Made by a program: the position numbers and the translations under genes | Assembly: GCA_963719505.1 (NCBI GenBank) | Contig: CAVRCF010000005.1 | Location: forward strand, 1,120,001-1,184,000 | Length of the DNA stretch: 64,000 nt | Origin: Halobacteriovoraceae bacterium | Lineage (GTDB): Bacteria; Bdellovibrionota; Bacteriovoracia; Bacteriovoracales; Bacteriovoracaceae | Direction of reading: 5' to 3' | The notes under the pieces: model-generated | Told to the model about the DNA's origin: nothing | The model's input: the letters and a program-made list of their open reading frames with translations, nothing else | Databases searched by the model: none | Shown: positions 58,718 to 64,000 of the stretch, in pieces | Layout: each line of letters opens with the position of its first letter | How positions within the stretch are numbered: position 1 is the stretch's first letter

Positions 58718-58730
58718 AATCAGAGACTTA
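58718..58730 (+). promoter_or_regulatory. IHF-like site upstream of the barrel-lipoprotein-nuclease operon
   Basis: AATCAGAGACTTA matches WATCARNNNNTTR with AT-rich 5' flank. Confidence 0.45.
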
Positions 58731-58886
58731 GGATGATGAAAAAATGCTATGATTGGAGCCAACTTGAGACTGAAATTTTGGCTAAAATGTAAGATTACAA
58801 AAAAGTGCTTTCGTGCTTTCAATTACTTACAATTCCACCTTTATTTGTTTAGTGGAGTCACATTGTCCAAAGTGATTTTAGAGGTC

Positions 58887-60209
58887 TTATTTGTTAGAAG
58901 CCAAACTTTTGATAAGGCTTTTTAGCCCGAGTTTTTGAATGAATCCATCGAGGTTTTTCATATGATATATCTCTTTCATATAGATTTTACCTTCAACGTC
59001 TTTAGCATCTGACCTCATTTTTTGGTAGAGCTTATTCGCATCAGTCTGAGACACCTTTTGGGGGTCTACACCATAAAGTGCTCCTAGAGATTTAAAGAGC
59101 ACTGATTGAAAAATAGACTTTACATAAATTGAGTCCATTCCCTCTTGAAGAACTTTAACTCTTTCGCGCTGAGGAGCTCCACTGCCCATAAAGTCGTAAA
59201 GTACACCCATTGCAAAACTCGCTTGAAAGGCTTCCTCTTTAGAGAATCCATTTTTTAATAGATAACGGCTTAGGTAAGCTGACATCCAGAAGTGATAGGA
59301 CTTACCAAACTGACAGGTATTTCTCCCCATTTTTGGAAGACTAAACTGACCATCACTTGCTTTCCTATTCGCATCATAGACATGGACCAGGTTAAAGAGC
59401 TCATACATTAATGAGAAGTGATACTTATTCTGAGGGCTGAAAAGATGATCTCCATAACCTTCAAAAGAAGCACCTCGAGTAGCATAGGCACCGATAGTGT
59501 CCCACACCAAATCATCCTTTTGCTTTTTTGATAAATTGAGCTCTTCTGCTTTGTCAGACAAAAGGTCAAAGAAATTCGTTGTCGATTGGTATTCCTGTGA
59601 AACAGCGCCAGGAAGAAGAGAGGAGACAGCTTTATGGGTCACCTTTAAGTGGCTACTTGAAACGATTACCTTTTGTAGAGTTTGTGGAAGAGTTAGACTT
59701 GTAACACTTCCTTTTTCCCCTTTTCTTAGTCTTTGAACCTGAGCAAATCGAAAAAGTTTTCTCATTCCTTTTCGACAGGAGCGAATGTTTTGCCCAATCA
59801 CTCTCTTACAATAATACCGTGAAAAAAAGAGATTAAATGCTCTTTCCTCTTTTTGAAATTTTTTAAAAGAACGCTCTTTTAGATTCGTTTTAACAAACTT
59901 TAGTTCTTTATCAGAATTTTCTTTTAGGTATTTAAATGAATCTTTAAAGTTGGTATCGAAATATTTAGCACGAGCTTTAACTCCCCAACCTACTGGGAAG
60001 TGGCTATTGTAGGCTTTGGCCCTATAGAATTTTTCAAATGTTGAAATTTTCTTCTCGTTTGTTCCATTGTATAAAACATAAAGAGAATGATGGACTCTGT
60101 GAGCATTTTTATGAATATAGTCACCAACTTCTTTACAGTCCTGCTCAAAAAGATCAGCACAGTACCCAAAGCTCATAAGAAATATCCATATCAAACAAAA
60201 TTTACCCAT
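58887..60209 (-). CDS. Exported basic hypothetical protein
   Basis: N-terminal signal peptide; motifs GAYATRGA and KSYHFWMSAYL. Confidence 0.75.
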   Translation of the reverse strand: MGKFCLIWIFLMSFGYCADLFEQDCKEVGDYIHKNAHRVHHSLYVLYNGTNEKKISTFEKFYRAKAYNSHFPVGWGVKARAKYFDTNFKDSFKYLKENSDKELKFVKTNLKERSFKKFQKEERAFNLFFSRYYCKRVIGQNIRSCRKGMRKLFRFAQVQRLRKGEKGSVTSLTLPQTLQKVIVSSSHLKVTHKAVSSLLPGAVSQEYQSTTNFFDLLSDKAEELNLSKKQKDDLVWDTIGAYATRGASFEGYGDHLFSPQNKYHFSLMYELFNLVHVYDANRKASDGQFSLPKMGRNTCQFGKSYHFWMSAYLSRYLLKNGFSKEEAFQASFAMGVLYDFMGSGAPQRERVKVLQEGMDSIYVKSIFQSVLFKSLGALYGVDPQKVSQTDANKLYQKMRSDAKDVEGKIYMKEIYHMKNLDGFIQKLGLKSLIKSLASNK

Positions 60210-60260
60210 AACCTATCATAAACTTTTAAATTAAAATGATCTTTACGGGAAAAATATTCG

Positions 60261-61691
60261 CTATGAAATAACACCTTCTTTAACGAGAAGGTCATAAGCT
60301 GACTGAGAGCAATATACATTGGGAACAAAGTTATACACACTTTGAAGATTCGCAATAATAGAGTTTGGAACGTCGACCAAAAGGCTCACATCGCCACTAT
60401 CCATCAGAATCTTTGCCGGATCGCGTTCTAGCATAACATTGGGAAATTCTTGTTTTTTAATAATTTGTTTCTTAGATCTTACAAAGATAATATTCTTTTT
60501 AGGTATATCTTCAACAATCCAGTCCTTCTCACTTCCTTTTGCTTTTAAAATAGATCTGATCTGTGCAACTTTATCGTGGGCTTTTTTGCGAACCTTCGCG
60601 TCAGTTTGCTCATCATCTTGAGAGAGGATGCGCTGATCAAATTCTGGAAGTTTAATCGTCTTCGGAGACTTTTCAAAAAGAAGAGATTCAGTGATCTCTT
60701 TCATTCGAATTTCTTTATCGAAGTATCCTTCTGTGTAAAGTCTGTGAATAAGTGTCATAAAATACTGGTCATTGAAATGATAAAAAGCATTTGGATCGTT
60801 CTTCACCATATCGAGTAGTTTGGAATAAGAGTGGATCTGACCTCTTTCTAAGAGAAAAAATGTTAACTCTTCAGCAAGAGCATCATACTTAGCCCCTCTA
60901 GCAGATCTAACAACTTGCGAGTACCAGGCGAAACGTGCGTTGAGAAAGTCCTCTGCACAGTGAAGAGCATTATGCTTTAAAGCGAGAACTCTCTTTCCTG
61001 CGACTTCAACTTTCGTGAAGTGATGAAGGAGATAATCTCTGTCGTATGCTCCATATTTCAAACCGGTATAATGAGCATCTCTCAAGAGGTAGTCCATTCT
61101 ATCGCAATCAATCTCGGAGTGAAGAATTTGATTTGCTATTACACTTGGTGAGACCCCCTTAACGAGGTCTGAAATCATTTGAGGATCGAGATCATACTTT
61201 TTTAGAGTAAAAGTGATGCCTCTTTCATAATCAGTATTTTTTATAATAAAAGAACCCAAATGCTCGTGATCATCAGGATGACCTTTAGAATTTTTCGTAT
61301 TTGTTGTTTCTCCAAAGCGGATATAAGCCATCTCCGTTGTATGTGAGAACATAAAAGTTCCAAGATCGTGCAACAAAGCAGCGAGTCTTATACTTTGATG
61401 ATAAATTTTATCCTTGCTTCTACAATTGGAATCAAAGAGTTCTTGATCACTGACAGAAATACCAATTGATTCGAGGATTCGATGAGCGTTATTCATGACA
61501 CCTATAGAGTGTCCATAACGAGAGTGCTCAGCTCCAGGAAAAGTGTAGCATGAAAATCCCAATTGCTTAATCCAGCGTAGTCTCTGATAGAAAGGGGTAT
61601 GAATGATTTCCCACTCCAGTTCCGTTAAATGAATGAAACCGTAAAGGGCATCGAAAATAATTCGTTTGTTTTTTGTTGTTTTTGCTTCCAT
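60261..61691 (-). CDS. HD-domain phosphohydrolase, SAMHD1/dNTP triphosphohydrolase-like
   Basis: QRLRWIKQLG, FPGAEHSRYGHSIG, LLHDLG, SH, DCDRMDYLLRD; start moved to ATG 61691. Confidence 0.88.
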   Translation of the reverse strand: MEAKTTKNKRIIFDALYGFIHLTELEWEIIHTPFYQRLRWIKQLGFSCYTFPGAEHSRYGHSIGVMNNAHRILESIGISVSDQELFDSNCRSKDKIYHQSIRLAALLHDLGTFMFSHTTEMAYIRFGETTNTKNSKGHPDDHEHLGSFIIKNTDYERGITFTLKKYDLDPQMISDLVKGVSPSVIANQILHSEIDCDRMDYLLRDAHYTGLKYGAYDRDYLLHHFTKVEVAGKRVLALKHNALHCAEDFLNARFAWYSQVVRSARGAKYDALAEELTFFLLERGQIHSYSKLLDMVKNDPNAFYHFNDQYFMTLIHRLYTEGYFDKEIRMKEITESLLFEKSPKTIKLPEFDQRILSQDDEQTDAKVRKKAHDKVAQIRSILKAKGSEKDWIVEDIPKKNIIFVRSKKQIIKKQEFPNVMLERDPAKILMDSGDVSLLVDVPNSIIANLQSVYNFVPNVYCSQSAYDLLVKEGVIS

Positions 61692-61700
61692 GCTATTTCC

Positions 61701-61734
61701 AAAAAAAAACACCGAAGATTAACCTTCGGTGTTT
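61701..61734 (-). terminator. Rho-independent terminator
   Basis: Minus strand AAACACCGAAG-gttaat-CTTCGGTG followed by T9. Confidence 0.85.
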
Positions 61735-61755
61735 GGTAAAATTTTTAATATCTTT

Positions 61756-61965
61756 TTATTGAAGTACTTTCTTTTTCTTCTTAGCAGGCTTCATTGACTT
61801 GAGAACTGTTCTCATCAGCATTGAAGCTTCTTCTCTAAGGTTATTCTCAAGAATGTATGTGTAAAATGTTTCTACTTCTTCTGTCGCTTTAAAAGTCTTG
61901 ATTGCCGCTGTAACTTCAGGGCTTACTTTTTTTGCTTTAGGTTTTTTCGTTGCTGTTCTTGCCAT
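61756..61965 (-). CDS. Small basic hypothetical protein (69 aa)
   Basis: AGGAGG RBS; Lys-rich N- and C-termini; own terminator. Confidence 0.8.
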   Translation of the reverse strand: MARTATKKPKAKKVSPEVTAAIKTFKATEEVETFYTYILENNLREEASMLMRTVLKSMKPAKKKKKVLQ

Positions 61966-62020
61966 GTTGGCCTCCTGTAACGGATATATTACGTTTTAGT
62001 TAACAATTCATCAATTAATT

Positions 62021-63523
62021 TTATTCAGCTTTTGGATGCACTAGCCCATAACTATGAAGCTTGTTGTATAGAGTCTTCACTGTAATCCCTAGCACCTTAG
62101 CTGCTCTTGTCTTATTTCCCTCTAAATGATCTAAAGTTCTACAAATATGCTTTCTTTCTAGGTCATGGAGTGTCATTTCAGAAAAGTCTTCAACAATTAC
62201 TTCTTCAGCTTTCTCTTCAACGATTAGCTCCGGAAGGTCAGATGCCTCGATATACTTACTTTCAGCAAGGATATACGTTCTCTCCATTATGTTTCTCAAC
62301 TCTTGGATGTTTCCAGGCCAGTTGTAACTAACTAGTTTCTCCACAGCTGCACTTGTTAAGATCTTATAGTCTTCAGTCTTCTTACCAAGATTTAAAAAAT
62401 ATTCCGATAAAACTTTAATATCATCTTGTCTGTCAGCAAGACTTGGCATATTGATTCCAACGATGTTGAGTCTATAAAGAAGATCTTCTCTAAATTTTCC
62501 TTCCTCAACTGCAGACTCTATCGAAGCATTTGTTAAAGAGATAACTCTCACGTTGATTGCTTGAGGAATATTTGATCCTGCCGTATAGATTTCTCCAGAA
62601 ACAAGTGATCTAAGAAGCTTAGATTGAATGTTTAATGGAAGCTCTTCAACATTATCTAAAATAATTGTTCCACCGTTTGCTCTTTGAAGAACTCCAGCTC
62701 TTTCACTTGTTCCAAAAAGTTCTGTCTCTATTTGACCTTCAGCGATTGAAGAACAATGAACAATAATACATTCTCCAGCCTTTCTGTCACTGAGAGAGTG
62801 AATCTTTTTAGCAAGAAGTGTTTTTCCTGTTCCAGACTCACCTTTGATAAAGACTGGAAAGTCTTCTGCTGCAACCCTCTTAGAAATATTTAAAACATCA
62901 GTTAATTGATTTGAGTGTCCAATAATTTCAATCGCTGATTTTGATCCTCTTCCTGATTTTAGGACTGGACCTCTATTCTTTAATTCTTCTTCTTTTTCTT
63001 CAATTTTTTGAGCAAGCTCTTTGTTTAAATTCTTAGCAATAAGATACATTCTCATATTTTTAATGGCTGCTTCTAAATGAGATAGAGTTTCATTAACAAG
63101 TGCTACATCTGAATCATCAAATTTTCTATCAGCATTTTCAGATTGAATATGAATTGTTCCGATAATTAAGTTTTCACAGATAATTGGTACACAAACTTCG
63201 CTTTCTACAACTTCGTCTCTTATAGTATTAGCTAACATTGGATCTCTTTTAGAGTTTGAGTAGTATGCTCTTCCCATTCTCGTTACATAACCAGATAGAC
63301 CTTGGCCTTTTGGATATGTTTGTCCTTTCTTAACTAGTTTTCCGTTTTCTGCTTTAAGTATTGTTGATCCACAAGTTTCAGCACTAAAGACTTGAACTTT
63401 ATACTCTCCAAATTGGCTCATCACAAACTCAGAAATTTTTGAAAAGAAAATTCCTTCGTCAAGGTTCGTTAATAATACTGTTGAAAGAGTTGCTACTTTG
63501 TTTAGGTCTAATGCTCTACTCAT
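62021..63523 (-). CDS. GAF - AAA+ - Fis-HTH transcriptional regulator (NtrC-like, atypical)
   Basis: GAF domain, GESGTGKT, FREDLLYRL, WPGNIQEL, GNKTRAAKVLGI; GAFTGA loop missing. Confidence 0.9.
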   Translation of the reverse strand: MSRALDLNKVATLSTVLLTNLDEGIFFSKISEFVMSQFGEYKVQVFSAETCGSTILKAENGKLVKKGQTYPKGQGLSGYVTRMGRAYYSNSKRDPMLANTIRDEVVESEVCVPIICENLIIGTIHIQSENADRKFDDSDVALVNETLSHLEAAIKNMRMYLIAKNLNKELAQKIEEKEEELKNRGPVLKSGRGSKSAIEIIGHSNQLTDVLNISKRVAAEDFPVFIKGESGTGKTLLAKKIHSLSDRKAGECIIVHCSSIAEGQIETELFGTSERAGVLQRANGGTIILDNVEELPLNIQSKLLRSLVSGEIYTAGSNIPQAINVRVISLTNASIESAVEEGKFREDLLYRLNIVGINMPSLADRQDDIKVLSEYFLNLGKKTEDYKILTSAAVEKLVSYNWPGNIQELRNIMERTYILAESKYIEASDLPELIVEEKAEEVIVEDFSEMTLHDLERKHICRTLDHLEGNKTRAAKVLGITVKTLYNKLHSYGLVHPKAE

Positions 63524-63667
63524 GTCTATCTCCTTATCACTTTGTTTAAATATATGTATAAATTTTATGCGATGCGTAACTTTATTCAGTATAGCATTGT
63601 ATGAAATTTTTACAAGATCAAAGTGCTCAGGTACTTAGACTTTATGCATAAAGATGAATGTTTCTAG

Positions 63668-64000
63668 CTAGTTAGACCACCTAGGTGTATAACTTTTTCC
63701 ATAGTTATCTGTTATCTGCTTAATAATCTCTCCCTCTCTGTTCATAATGACTAAGTTTTGGACGGCCTTTTTACGGCTGAGAACCTTCTGGGAGCTAAAA
63801 ACGATGAATTGCCCATCTGGAGAGAAGCTTGGCTCTTCGTTAGAGCCCATATTCTTCGTCAGACGCACTAAATTGTCACCATTTGAGTCTATTTTATAGA
63901 TATCGAAGAGACCATCTACCCAAGAAGAGAAAACAATTTCAGCCCCATCAGGTGAGAACCTAGGAGCGGCATTAAATCTTCCAACATAACTAATTCTTTT
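63668..64000 (-). CDS. tolB: TolB-like PD40 beta-propeller, C-terminal part (partial)
   Basis: Frame open to the window edge: PRFSPDG...FDIY...RLT, PSFSPDG, PRWS. Confidence 0.8.
   Translation of the reverse strand, partial: KRISYVGRFNAAPRFSPDGAEIVFSSWVDGLFDIYKIDSNGDNLVRLTKNMGSNEEPSFSPDGQFIVFSSQKVLSRKKAVQNLVIMNREGEIIKQITDNYGKSYTPRWSN

Noticed and set aside
61756-61965. Bacterial histone (the ART start recalls H3)
   Set aside because: No histone-fold signature such as RxTV/RKTI is visible and the core is too short
1-64000. Short ORFs in the track that lie inside or antisense to longer genes (e.g. 482-751, 40977-41318, 42626-42958)
   Set aside because: They overlap well-supported genes and have no motifs of their own
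1-64000. tRNA, rRNA, IS, integrase or prophage features
   Set aside because: No T-loop/cloverleaf, rRNA, transposase, integrase or phage structural signature was seen by eye; a tRNAscan/Infernal run would confirm

Overview
AT-rich bacterial chromosomal segment made almost entirely of housekeeping and lineage-specific genes. I saw no rRNA, tRNA, CRISPR array, integrase, transposase or prophage gene. Gene order (rpsF/rpsR-DUF2232-rplI-dnaB; ftsEX-envC-ctpA-xseA-M23), many exported hypothetical proteins, five sigma28 promoters and a Na+-type motAB suggest a predatory Bdellovibrionota, probably Bacteriovoracia/Halobacteriovorax-like (inference). Main oddities: (1) an outer-membrane barrel + lipoprotein + 5'-nucleotidase-C/OB/EEP nuclease operon that looks like a surface nucleic-acid harvesting system, near a nupC/pdp/punA/DEDDh salvage cluster and a SAMHD1-like dNTPase; (2) a single ORF fusing ribosomal proteins bS6 and bS18; (3) a full-length 942-aa type IIG-like DNA methyltransferase whose catalytic motifs are all eroded, plus several other apparent pseudo-enzymes; (4) a candidate FliA regulon covering clpPX, motAB, a WYL regulator and a Gly-X-X lipoprotein; (5) heavily frameshifted clpP/clpX, most likely a sequencing artefact. 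All family calls come from motif recognition by eye, not database searches.
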